A stretch of 37,143 nucleotides of DNA from Octopus bimaculoides (GCF_001194135.2 NC_068984.1:1003662-1040804), one strand, 5' to 3'; numbered from the stretch's first letter, positions 1 through 11,037 are shown. Notes: generated by a model from the letters alone, not told the origin. Numbers and translations: made by a program.

Positions 1-264
1 TATACATACATCTTTGGATGTATGCATATGACAACACAGCCCTTGACTCACTCACACTCTGTCTCTTACAAACACATACGCGCGCGCATACACACGTGTG
101 TCTTTGTATATATGCATGTATATGTGTATGTTTGTGTGCATGTATGTGTGTATGGATGGATGTATTTATGTATGTTTGTATGATTTTTCTTTTTCTTAAC
201 ATTGTAAAGGAACGTATCTTGTTTTATTCATCATCCTTTACATTTCGAGCTTTTGCCGATGTTT

Positions 265-935
265 ATAGTTTCAGATTTCTCTCCTCTGTCTTTTTATAAA
301 CTCTGACAATGTTGATGCTCCTCATCTCTTGTGGTATTATCCCTTCTTTCTAGTATTGGCACCGTAGTTTGTGTACGTGGCTTAACAGAACATCGTTTGT
401 TTACCTGATGCCCTCTGTTACAATGCCATTTAATCTTGATGCCATTCCAGTGGATTGACGGTCAGTGGCCTTACCCAGCCCTTTCTCAGTCTTCACCGTA
501 TCCACTTCCACCTGAGCAGACATGTATTACACAGCGTCTAATGTGCTGTCAGAAATAAGTCATAGTCTCTTCAATGCCGCCTTCCCTCGTCTCTCCACCT
601 GCCTTCTCTTGTCTTTGACTGACTTGCCTGTTATGGTATTCAGGAATGCTATCTTACTCTGAGTCATACTCGAACGCTCTCTGGGTTGAGTGGTGTTTGG
701 GCTCCAGTAGAACGTCTGAAACTTTATGACAGCGTTATGCGTATTTAGAGTTCGCTTCAAATGAATCGTCTGCCTTGTTCCATATCGAGTGTGAAAACAT
801 TGCAGTGGCGAATGTCCCGGAGAGAGCAACATCTCAACTGAGCATCTTTTTTTGGCTGGGTCTGCAAGGGGAGAAAACTTCAGTGACATGATGAGCTTCA
901 ACGCTTGGTCTTGGTGTTCAATCTTACTGACGTCG
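265..935 (-). mobile_element. Decayed RTE-clade (BovB-like) LINE ORF fragment, linker between the APE endonuclease and RT
   Basis: The ORF-track frame 991->560 continues in frame through stops: TQSKIAFLNTITGKSVKDKRRQVERR..*..DAV*YMSAQVEVDTVKTEKGLGKATDRQSTGMASRLNGIVTEGIR*..Y*KEGIIPQEMRSINIVRVYKK. This matches the RTE pattern (APLKS.TG....D...QMERW ... ELD..PT.EEL.KAI..L..GKAPG.DGIP.E ... W.EG..PQ.MRDA.IV.LYK). Recognised by eye; multiple in-frame stops. Confidence 0.75.
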
Positions 936-1009
936 AGGCCTGCCTGGAGGCACACTAGACCCTCCAATATTGCACAGGAATGGGTACGCAACCTTCATCA
1001 CATTACACC

Positions 1010-1128
1010 GCCATCACCTCCACCACCACCACAAATATCATCATTATCATCGTCATGAACAGCAGCAGCTGCGACAACAGTATGAACAACAAATGACAAC
1101 AACCGCAACAGCAGTAGCACAACTACAG

Positions 1129-1175
<47 letters not shown>

Positions 1176-1180
1176 GCGGC
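1010..1180. repeat. Compound CAC/CAT/CAG/(CAA)n trinucleotide microsatellite
   Basis: Read directly from the sequence; it is the source of the poly-H/Q/V/C pseudo-ORFs. Confidence 0.95.
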
Positions 1181-1422
1181 AGTATTCAAATTTCAAGCGA
1201 GTGACAGTCCCTTGGTGTTCAGTGAACCTTCTGGAAAGAAGAACAAAATCTGCGGTAATGGAGAGAAGGACACATTGCATAATGTAGACTTACACGTGGC
1301 AGGACATGATAGTCACGGATGGAATGTCTGCTCGTCAGAGATGATCTGTAGCTACACAATAACAAAAGCAATAAGAATTGCAGTAATAGCAACTCGGGAA
1401 ACGACGTTGATAACAATGGTTA

Positions 1423-1570
1423 GTCGGCCTGCTAGAAATAGCAGCCAAATCGCCTTCAAAGTCACCCCAGTATAAAACAAGCCAGATGGGATGGTCGTGG
1501 CTGAAGACTGTTTTGCGATTAATCTGTGTACTAGATCAGGCTGAGCTGTGCTTAGAGAAGAGAGGCCGGT
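1423..1570 (+). mobile_element. Dispersed repeat family C (probable SINE 3' domain), decayed copy
   Basis: Motifs CTGCTAGAAATAGCAGCCAAATC and GGATGGTC(G/A)TGG recur in related form at 34945-35072, 35405-35590 and 36095-36170. Confidence 0.55.
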
Positions 1571-2936
1571 CTGATTTAGGATTGTATACAATAGCAACAA
1601 AGACGACGACGGCGACAACAACAGCAGAACCAACAACAAAAACAAAATTAATGGTGGTAGCAACAATAACAACAACAAAAATACGAAGACATGGAGAGCA
1701 GACAGATTGAGGAGGAGGGGGACGACGACGACGACGATGGTGATGATGATGATGATGATGATGACATATTATAATCTTCTTCCTTCAGCTGTGAACTGCT
1801 TCCCAATGCAGAGGAATTTTCTCATTAAAATCCACCATATTTGTTTCTCTTTAAAACCGTTCCAATCATTTCTGTTGGTCTCTTTTAAAATAATTAAACT
1901 TTTTCTCTGCTGATCTGTGAAATTTCTGTTAGTTTAAATTACAAAATATTTATTACATTTACGTTTGCACAAATTCCTTGCCGTTTTTCTTTTTACTTTG
2001 TTTTCATTCTTTTTTTTAAATTATTTTATTTGTTTTTGTTGATTAATTTGTGTTTTCCTTTTTTTTCTCTCTCTTTTATTTCCAATAAATTGTGTAATCT
2101 TTAAGTTCCATTGAAGAATCAAAGAGAAATTGTGCAGAATCTATTCTTTGGATTTTACATTCAATCTTTTTATGGCTGTCTAATGAAAGTTTAATGGCAA
2201 ATGAAGAGCAAGCAGTGCACATTAGGACCGTGGTGATGGTGGTGGTGGTGGTGGTGGTGGTGGTTGTGGTGATGGTGGTTGTGGGAGATGGGAGTACACG
2301 CATATGTNNNNNNNNNNNNNNNNNNNNNNNNNNNNNNNNNNNNNNNNNNNNNNNNNNNNNNNNNNNNNNNNNNNNNNNNNNNNNNNNNNNNNNNNNNNNN
2401 NNNNNNNNNNNNNNNNNNNNNNNNNNNNNNNNNNNNNNNNNNNNNNNNNNNNNNNNNNNNNNNNNNNNNNNNNNNNNNNNNNNNNNNNNNNNNNNNNNNN
2501 NNNNNNNNNNNNNNNNNNNNNNNNNNNNNNNNNNNNNNNNNNNNNNNNNNNNNNNNNNNNNNNNNNNNNNNNNNNNNNNNNNNNNNNNNNNNNNNNNNNN
2601 NNNNNNNNNNNNNNNNNNNNNNNNNNNNNNNNNNNNNNNNNNNNNNNNNNNNNNNNNNNNNNNNNNNNNNNNNNNNNNNNNNNNNNNNNNNNNNNNNNNN
2701 NNNNNNNNNNNNNNNNNNNNNNNNNNNNNNNNNNNNNNNNNNNNNNNNNNNNNNNNNNNNNNNNNNNNNNNNNNNATTGTGTGTGGTTTACTATTTCATA
2801 TCTATATATTGGATACTTGCTTAAGAACTTCTTTTAGGTGTGTGTGTGTTTGTAAGGATGTGAGAGAGAACATGCGCCAATGTACAATAATACAAAACGC
2901 CCGAAGAGGAACTCAAGACAGGTGTATTATTGCTAT

Positions 2937-2982
<46 letters not shown>

Positions 2983-3189
2983 CCGAACTTTATAGTATTA
3001 AATATCCATCACAGCTGACCTTACCAATCGGTTTCGCGCAAAAATACAATGGAGTGTTAGGTAACAATCCAGTTACATAATTACGCTCATCAGAGTTAGC
3101 GGACATGGAAGGGAATATGGCCACTTCTCTCTATTGTCGGAGGTGAAGTAGTACAACCGGTCAGCGGCTGCTGTGAAAAAAGTGGTGAA

Positions 3190-4362
3190 ACAAAAAATGG
3201 GTCAAGGAATTAGGTTAGGAGTTATGTCCCCTGGTTGGGTATGTTGTGAAGCTGGCAAGTGCCATCTTGAAGTGAGGAAAGTGTGTACTATTAATGTGGC
3301 CTCCTTGTTAGGTATGGGGCGTATTGTATGTGTAGCGGTATCACACGAATAATTCTTTTCCGGGGTGTTCATTGGTCTGTTCATAGGTGTGTTCATTGGT
3401 CTGTTTTCTTTTTGTAGAGAATGAAGTTGTAGGTTTTTTATATTAGCGTGTGGTATGTAATGAGTAATATGTGTGAGGTCAGTGTATATGTGGGGGTACA
3501 ATTTGCATGAGGGGGTGTGTGTTGAGGTGGTGGGGGATAGTTATATGCGGGATGTCAGCCTTATAGGGGTGTGTATTTGTGTACATGGGTACATTGGTAT
3601 TTGTCTCAAGAATCACCATCCTCAAGAATCACCATTTACGTCACAAGCTATACCGCAGAAAATCTAATGTTTACTATCAGGGAGTGAATAATCATTGCCG
3701 ATAATTACCGATAATGGTTTTTTACATACCGAACTACTTGGTAAAAATTATTAATTATTAATTTATTAATAAATTAATAATCCTTTACCCTATATCTGTA
3801 ATGATTATTCACTCCCTGATAGTAAACCGTAGGTTTTCTGAGGTATTGCTTGTGACGTACATGGTGATTCTTGAGGATGGATATGGACTGACTCGCCTAT
3901 ATAAATTCGGAAATGCTGCTTCTCTTATGTGATGCGCGATGTCGCCTGGTCGAGCATACATGGTTTTTGTCAGCATTTTCAGATTTATAATCTAGAATAT
4001 CATACTGATGACGGAAAGGAATTTTTTTACTATTCTGATCCAGAAACGCGTCTATGATTGACTAAGACTGGTTAGTATCGATATTTTTTCTTCTTGTTTT
4101 GCCTTCGTGAGTTACAAGTATTGCTATCTGTTGGAGACTTATTGTAGTAGTAGAATTAGCACTTTTAACTGCTATTTCTAAAATTTCGGTATGTGGTGAA
4201 GCATCTGTTGCTAATCCCTTATTTATGTTTATAATTTTCAAAAGAACTTTTTATATAAGTTTTTTACCGATAATGGGTTTTACATACCGAACTATTTGGT
4301 AAAAATTATTAATTATTAATTTAGTAATAAATTAATAATCCTTTACCCTATATCTGTAATGA
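3190..4362. mobile_element. Penelope-like (pLTR-type) composite repeat with inverted and direct duplications and a hammerhead motif
   Basis: 80-bp inverted repeat (3617-3696 vs 3800-3879), ~97-bp direct repeat (3707-3804 vs 4266-4362) and a hammerhead core at 4005-4052. The Penelope assignment is inferred from this architecture; no RT or GIY-YIG is seen here. The left boundary is approximate. Confidence 0.5.
3999..4058 (+). ncRNA. Minimal type I hammerhead ribozyme motif
   Basis: Helix I AUCAUA(3999-4004)/UAUGAU(4053-4058); core CUGAUGA(4005-4011); helix II GGA/UCC plus GAAU/AUUC; GAAAC-GC-GUC(4043-4052) forming the minimal palindromic helix III. The closing pair of helix II is a C.A mismatch. 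Confidence 0.7.
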
Positions 4363-4363
4363 G

Positions 4364-4434
<71 letters not shown>

Positions 4435-4444
4435 ATAAGTATAT

Positions 4445-4646
4445 GCTTGTGTGTCTGTGTTTGTCCCCCCCACCATCGCTTGACAACCGATGCTGGTGTG
4501 TTTATGCCACCGTAACTTAGCAGCTCAGCAAGAGAAAACCGATAGAATAATTACTAGGCTTACAAAGAATAAGTCCTGGGGTCGATGTGTTCGACTAAAG
4601 GTGGTGTTCCAGCATGGCCGCAGTCAAATGAATAAAACAGATAAAA

Positions 4647-4650
<4 letters not shown>
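4445..4650 (+). mobile_element. SINE family B (CORE-type, OR-like), 3' body only
   Basis: GTGTCTGTGTTTGTCCCCCC..CTTGACAACCGATG..GTCCTGGGGTCGAT..CCAGCATGGCCGCAGTC matches the full copies at 24176 and 26548. Confidence 0.85.
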
Positions 4651-4684
<34 letters not shown>

Positions 4685-5062
4685 TTATGTATGTATATAT
4701 ATATTATCTATATGCATATATTATATATATAATGTGTATGTATGCATGTATGTATGTATGTATGTATGTATGCATGTTTGTAGGTGCAACTTTTCTTCAC
4801 TTTGTTTTACAAGACTCTCTTCCCCAATCGTTTCTCTTCCGACCAGGAACTCTTCCTCGCCAATTCTCTCAGCGTTCTGTTTAATAGTCTGACGCCTCAA
4901 TTACTGATTCCACCACCAGTCTCTCACATATCCTAACAATTGTATTATTTAGTTATCTTCTCTCATCCATTATATTGCTTCCTCGTACATATAAATTTGG
5001 CATGTTCCGTATACATACACACATCTATTATACACATGTGTATTATATACATACATACATAC

Positions 5063-5106
<44 letters not shown>

Positions 5107-5356
5107 GTTTGTATGTATGTACGTACGTATACAGCAGGTTCCGGACAACTTTACTTCCATTTTCTTTCTTGTAAAATATTTCATTAGCTTCTTCCTCTTA
5201 TTGCTGCTGTTAATGTTTTTGCTGCTTTTGCTGTTGCTGACGTTGATGATGATGATGATGACGACGACGACGAGGAGGAGGATATTTGTTTTCATCATGT
5301 TTTCGACTTGTCTCATAAAAGATTCCAGCGTTCCACTCGGTACCTCTTCTTCTTAT

Positions 5357-5579
5357 TTCTTTATTGTCCACAAGGGGCTAAGCATAGAGGGGACAAACAA
5401 AGTGATTAAGTCGATTACATCGACCGCAGTGCGTAACCGGTACTTAATTTATCGACCCCGAAAGGATGAAAAGCAAAGTCGACCTCGGCGGAATTTGAAC
5501 TCAGAACGTAGCGGCAGACGAATTACCGCTAAGTATTTCGCCCGGTCTGCTAACGTTTCTGCTAGCTCGCCGCCTTAAA
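5357..5579 (-). mobile_element. SINE family A, full-length, with a 16-bp target-site duplication
   Basis: Head AAGGCGGCGAGCTAGCAGAAACG, B-box-like GAGTTCAAATTCC. Perfect TSD TACCTCTTCTTCTTAT at 5341-5356 and 5580-5595. Confidence 0.92.
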
Positions 5580-5669
5580 TACCTCTTCTTCTTATCAAAC
5601 AATACTGTCTTCTGAATCCACAAAGGCGGGCTTCGACACACATTAGTTTTATTTCGTTGTTGCGTTCGC

Positions 5670-5673
<4 letters not shown>

Positions 5674-5722
<49 letters not shown>

Positions 5723-7040
5723 GTTCAGTAGTTTTATTTTTATAACGTGCTTTCACTTCACTACCGAGCGCAGCTTTGTGCGCCTTGGGTATGTGCTGTG
5801 GTTTGCTGTGGTGCTCTTATGGTTACTGTATTGAAAGTGCTTTGCGTAGGATGTGTGCAGTACCCAGTAGTGCAATTTTCTGTATGTTATATATATTTGT
5901 AAGTCCTGGTGTTTTTGTTATGTATTTGTCTGAATATTTTTTTATTATACCTAAGGCACCTACTATAATAGGAATTGTTTCTGTTTTTAGATTCNNNNNN
6001 NNNNNNNNNNNNNNNNNNNNNNNNNNNNNNNNNNNNNNNNNNNNNNNNNNNNNNNNNNNNNNNNNNNNNNNNNNNNNNNNNNNNNNNNNNNNNNNNNNNN
6101 NNNNNNNNNNNNNNNNNNNNNNNNNNNNNNNNNNNNNNNNNNNNNNNNNNNNNNNNNNNNNNNNNNNNNNNNNNNNNNNNNNNNNNNNNNNNNNNNNNNN
6201 NNNNNNNNNNNNNNNNNNNNNNNNNNNNNNNNNNNNNNNNNNNNNNNNNNNNNNNNNNNNNNNNNNNNNNNNNNNNNNNNNNNNNNNNNNNNNNNNNNNN
6301 NNNNNNNNNNNNNNNNNNNNNNNNNNNNNNNNNNNNNNNNNNNNNNNNNNNNNNNNNNNNNNNNNNNNNNNNNNNNNNNNNNNNNNNNNNNNNNNNNNNN
6401 NNNNNNNNNNNNNNNNNNNNNNNNNNNNNNNNNNNNNNNNNNNNNNNNNNNNNNNNNNNNNNNNNNNNNNNNNNNNNNNNNNNNNNNNNNNNNNNNNNNN
6501 NNNNNNNNNNNNNNNNNNNNNNNNNNNNNNNNNNNNNNNNNNNNNNNNNNNNNNNNNNNNNNNNNNNNNNNNNNNNNNNNNNNNNNNNNNNNNNNNNNNN
6601 NNNNNNNNNNNNNNNNNNNNNNNNNNNNNNNNNNNNNNNNNNNNNNNNNNNNNNNNNNNNNNNNNNNNNNNNNNNNNNNNNNNNNNNNNNNNNNNNNNNT
6701 ATTTGTTAGGTAGATTAATTTCTTGTTTGTATTTGTCAGCTTCCTTAAATACTGAAAACAGTTTTTTGTTTTGCTCGTGTTTTGTGGCTATTTGTATTAG
6801 TTTTCCTTGCTTCTGGAGTAGGTATTTTTGCAGTCCTATGGTGGTTATTCTATAATAGTTTTCCAGCTGTATAAGACCCCTGCCACCTTCTGTGCGTTGT
6901 ATATATAGCCTTTCTATGTCAGATTTTGGGTGGTGCATCCTATATCCTGTCATTATTTTTCTTGTTTTCCTGTCTATTTTAGATAGTTCGTTTAGTGTCC
7001 AGTTAAGGATGTTGTAGCTGTCGCTTATAACTGGGACAGC
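5674..7040 (-). mobile_element. 5'-truncated R4/Dong-type LINE with 3' UTR and (TAA)n tail; middle lies in an N gap
   Basis: NTLAVPVISDSYNILNW..IDRKTRK..MHHPKSDIERLYIQRTEGGRGL and C-terminal TIPIIVGALG..QKIALLGTAHILRKAL*. (TAA)n at 5674-5722. The 706-N gap is about the length of the missing zinc-knuckle/RLE segment seen in the 30.9-32.9 kb copy. Confidence 0.9.
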
Positions 7041-7115
7041 TAAAGTGTTGAGCTGTAGAAGGTGTATTAATACCAAACGGCAATCTTAATATCCAGCTTA
7101 ACGTGGATATATTAA

Positions 7116-7519
7116 TAGAGCACCGAATACTGCGTTATTAGACTTGAACTCTCATATGGACTCACTGTGCATAAATGCACGCATATTTATATCGCTGGCG
7201 GGCAGAAATCATCTGCTATGGCCGCCGGAACTACCACTAACAATTATATTTAATAAACCTGCTCGCTATTTGCGATATCAATGCCTGAAAAGTCACTGAA
7301 AGTTCATATATCGCTGGTAATGAAATTTAATAGGCATGAAGCTACCAGACGTCTGCTTCTAACGAGATGAAGTAGGTCGAAATTACGTAATCTATCAATT
7401 CCAGCGCCTGTAACCGAGGATTGTCGTCTACTAGAGTTATAGATATGTATGTTTTTTATGTACCATGCCTGCATATGAAAGGTCTTCTCAAAGCAAATCA
7501 CGCAGTATTCGGTACTCTA
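7116..7519. mobile_element. Non-autonomous DNA transposon (MITE) candidate with 24-bp TIRs
   Basis: TAGAGCACCGAATACTGCGTTATT (7116-7139) matches the reverse complement of 7496-7519 at 22/24 positions. Terminal TA on both sides; no internal ORF recognised. Confidence 0.65.
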
Positions 7520-7563
7520 CAAATAGACCTTCGTTAAGTTTGATATAAAGATTGCCTTTTGAA

Positions 7564-7605
<42 letters not shown>

Positions 7606-7932
7606 AGTCTTCTAGTAAATCTGTGTAGTATTAGCAGCCGTATTTCTAACTATTATCTACAGTATACAACTTGACATTATCAATATGCAAAAGATATTTG
7701 ATTGACTGCCCATAATACCCGAGTCCAATTTGGTTTATACGTGAGTGAAAAGTGTTAGACCCAAGTAGAAAAAGGACAGAATGAGTCCCTTTGAAAATTC
7801 TTTTTCTAACGGAGATAAGGTTTTCTATAATTCCCTCTTTTGTCCACTTAATTGCTCGTTATCTATGATGTTTAATGTATCTGCTTTTGACAAGTGGTAT
7901 CTTATACATGGCCAATATTTCCACAATGCTTA

Positions 7933-8149
7933 AGGTGACAAGCTGGCAGAATGGTTAGCACACCAGGGGAAATGCTTAGCGGCATTTCACCCGTCTCTTC
8001 ATTCTGAGTCCAAATTTCGCCGAAGTTGACTTTACCTTTCATCCTTTCGGGGTCGATAAAATAAGGACCAGTTGCATTCTGGGGTCGATGTAATTCACTT
8101 GCTCCTCTCCTTGGATTGCTTGCCTTGTGCCAAAATTTGAAATCAATAT
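7933..8149 (+). mobile_element. SINE family A, diverged full-length copy
   Basis: AAGGTGACAAGCTGGCAGAATGGTTAGC..TTTCATCCTTTCGGGGTCGATAAAATAAG aligns with the copies at 5357 and 32236. Confidence 0.88.
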
Positions 8150-8330
8150 TTCCACGATGCATCGTGGAAAGACTACCAAAATTACTTCCTAAAAATTCTA
8201 CCAAGAATACTTCCTAGAAATCAATCCATGCCATAGCTTGATCACCACCACCACCACCACCACCCACCCACCCGCTCTCCGAAAACAGGTTGTTCTTTCC
8301 TAGATGTTTATTTCTGTTATATTATTGCAG

Positions 8331-8493
8331 TTACGGTCCTGTGGGTTGTAGAAAGACAGATGAAGTAGCTGTACAGTTGAACGCTTGCTATTTCTGTACT
8401 TTTGCGAAATGGATTTGTTGTCCTGAGTGTGCCAATCAGACTATACCTCCGGCTCCGTCAGTGTCCAATGAAACATCTCTGTTAGCATCTTAA
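8331..8493 (+). CDS. Candidate terminal coding exon of an unidentified host gene (Cys-rich C-terminus)
   Basis: Pyrimidine-rich acceptor (..ttatattattgcag|), then open frame YGPVGCRKTDEVAVQLNACYFCTFAKWICCPECANQTIPPAPSVSNETSLLAS*. Non-repetitive sequence that does not resemble any transposon family seen here. No homolog recognised. Confidence 0.4.
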
Positions 8494-8640
8494 GCGTCCC
8501 TATTACATATTATAAACGCTGCTTTAGGATTTTTTCAGATCCAGATACCTTCTCTTTTAGTCTCTCCCGTAGTATTTTAGGTATTGTGCCAAGAGCGCCA
8601 ATTGCCACACGAATAATTGCTGTCTTGGTCTTCCACAGTC

Positions 8641-8805
8641 TCGCGAGCTGCCAGGTGCAATAGCGTGTCGAACAAAATGCTTAGCGGCATTTCTTCTGGG
8701 TCTTTACGTCCTGAGTTCAAATTCTGCCGAGGTCGACTTTGCCTTTCACCCTTTAGGGATCGATAAGATAAATACCAGTAAAATATTGATGTGGACGATA
8801 TCGAC
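8641..8805 (+). mobile_element. SINE family A, decayed copy
   Basis: AAATGCTTAGCGGCATTTC..GAGTTCAAATTCTGCCGAGGTCGACTTTGCCTTTCA matches family A. Confidence 0.8.
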
Positions 8806-9112
8806 TGGTCGATGTTGTTTATATCACAGCAAGATTACGATCCAGAATATTCGAAAAGCGTCACCAACATCAACAACGACAACAACAAGCAAACAAACCA
8901 ATAAAGAGTTATTCAAAGACATCGAAAATGTCTACGAGATGTAATCTTTTAAACTGCGATATTTGTTCTAATTTTCCTACATTCTCTGGGATTGGAAATT
9001 ACTTCTTTCTATCTCAGGACTGGTTCTGGTTGTTGTTGTTGTTGTTGTTGTTACTGCTGCTGCTGTTGATCGTAATCTTTTTTCACTTCTATTTAGACCA
9101 CCAACACCATCT

Positions 9113-9140
9113 CTACTACTACTACTACTACTACTACTAC

Positions 9141-9194
<54 letters not shown>

Positions 9195-9210
9195 TAATAA
9201 TAATAATAAT
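9113..9210. repeat. (CTA)n-(TAA)n compound microsatellite
   Basis: Read directly from the sequence. Confidence 0.95.
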
Positions 9211-9591
9211 TTTCCTCTTACCCCTTGTTTTCGTTACATGCAATGCGTCTACATCCTCCCGCACACAGACATATCTACCACTACACGCACACATACACAT
9301 ACACACGTACATTACAATTATATTCACATACACATTTACAGCTACACACACACACACACATGCGCAAAGATGTTTCATATGATGATCTCATTCTCCGTTT
9401 TTCTCATTGAGGACAGCAGAAGAGGGTTAGGGTGAGGAGAGATGGGTGGAGAGGTGTGCAGAGGGTGTGACAAGAAATTGGGGTGGGGGAGGTTAGATGA
9501 GTGAATGAAGAAATAAAAGTAGCGAAAATACAAAAGAAACAATTGTGATTGTTGAACGGTTTTAATTCTGATTCACAATTAGAAAATCAAA

Positions 9592-9606
9592 TACTACTAC
9601 TACTAC

Positions 9607-9672
<66 letters not shown>

Positions 9673-9710
9673 AGTTGCTGCTGCTGCTGCTGCTATTACT
9701 ATATTACTAC
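9592..9710. repeat. (CTA)n / (CTG)n microsatellite
   Basis: Read directly from the sequence. Confidence 0.95.
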
Positions 9711-9954
9711 AAGAATCCCCGTTTTCTTCTGTCAGATGTCTTCTTCCTCGACTAAACCCGAGCGGCTGGTCAGTGTAGTTCCTTGGTTCCTCCATTTACT
9801 TTTCATTTGCTTTGAAGAAACTCACACGTCTGCTTCTTCGCATACTTTTGGAAGTTTCCGATGAGAAGGCTTTAATCCTGTGCCGCAGGATTAACGCCTT
9901 CGCATCACTATAATCCAGATCGCACAATTAATTCCGATCGCCCATATAATATTA

Positions 9955-10150
9955 TCTTTCACTTGTTTCTGTCATTTGACTGCGGTCATGCTGGAGCACC
10001 GTCTTCGAAGGTTTTAGTCAAATAAAACGACGTCAGGACTTCTTAAAGTCTGCTACTTATTCTATCGGTCTTTTGTCGAACCGCTAGCTTACGGAGACGT
10101 AAACTGACCAACAGAGGTTATCAAGTGGTGGTGGGATAAACACAGACACA
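9955..10150 (-). mobile_element. SINE family B, 3' body
   Basis: Reverse complement of the family B body (..TTTGACTGCGGTCATGCTGGAGCACCG..CTTATTCTATCGGTC..). Confidence 0.8.
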
Positions 10151-10643
10151 AAGGCATACACATGGATACACATACACACTCGTTTATATTAATTTGATTT
10201 TACACACACACATATATATGTTTATATTAATGTGTATGTATATATATATANNNNNNNNNNNNNNNNNNNNNNNNNNNNNNNNNNNNNNNNNNNNNNNNNN
10301 NNNNNNNNNNNNNNNNNNNNNNNNNNNNNNNNNNNNNNNNNNNNNNNNNNNNNNNNNNNNNNNNNNNNNNNNNNNNNNNNNNNNNNNNNNNNNNNNNNNN
10401 NNNNNNNNNNNNNNNNNNNNNNNNNNNNNNNNNNNNNNNNNNNNNNNNNNNNNNNNNNNNNNNNNNNNNNNNNNNNNNNNNNNNNNNNNNNNNNNNNNNN
10501 NNNNNNNNNNNNNNNNNNNNNNNNNNNNNNNNNNNTATATATATATATATATTGCATAAAGGATCGTGGGTAAAGCCAGAAGTAAATGCAAGGCAAATCA
10601 CGAGAGAATAAATATATGAATTAATGTAGACTTAACTTGCATT

Positions 10644-11035
10644 CAATATTTCGGGGTTATGACCCCATTTTCAAGAAATTAACGAATGTTGCCGATGTGC
10701 GTGCGTGTGAGCGTGCGTGTGAGCGTGTGTGAAGTGGACATGCGCGCGGAAAGGTGTTGCTATAGCAACCAGCTAGCTTCTTGTAACTCTCTTCTGTTGT
10801 GGGTTTTGGTTTCCCTTGGTGTATGAGGATGGCCTCAAAGATTCTAAGGTTGCCCCTGTTCCGCTGTGTTGCCCGGACGTGCTCTGTGAATTCCCGGGTC
10901 TGGAACTTCCGTAGATGTTTCTTCACGGAAGTGTCTGCCTTCATGTGTTCCTTTATGCGTAGATACAGTCTTCTTGTTGTGCTTCCTGTGTAGGATGCGC
11001 CACATTTGCCACAAATGATCTTGTATACAAATATT
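10644..11035 (-). mobile_element. Penelope-like element fragment: GIY-YIG endonuclease C-terminus plus 3' tail
   Basis: VYKIICGKCGASYTGSTTRRLYLRIKEH..LRIFEAILIHQGKP fits the PLE GIY-YIG signature (VY.I.C..C...Y.G.T.R.L..R..EH ... R..LE...I....P). A degenerate hammerhead-like hairpin lies downstream at 10644-10678. Confidence 0.8.
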
Positions 11036-11037
11036 CT

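Noticed and set aside
560-991. 143-aa minus-strand ORF that looks like a real globular protein
   Set aside because: The same frame continues through stop codons into recognisable RTE LINE motifs, so it is a decayed retrotransposon rather than a host gene.
970-1287. Poly-His/poly-Gln ORF suggestive of a transcription factor
   Set aside because: It consists of trinucleotide microsatellite, has no recognisable domain, and is flanked by an RTE remnant and a family C repeat.
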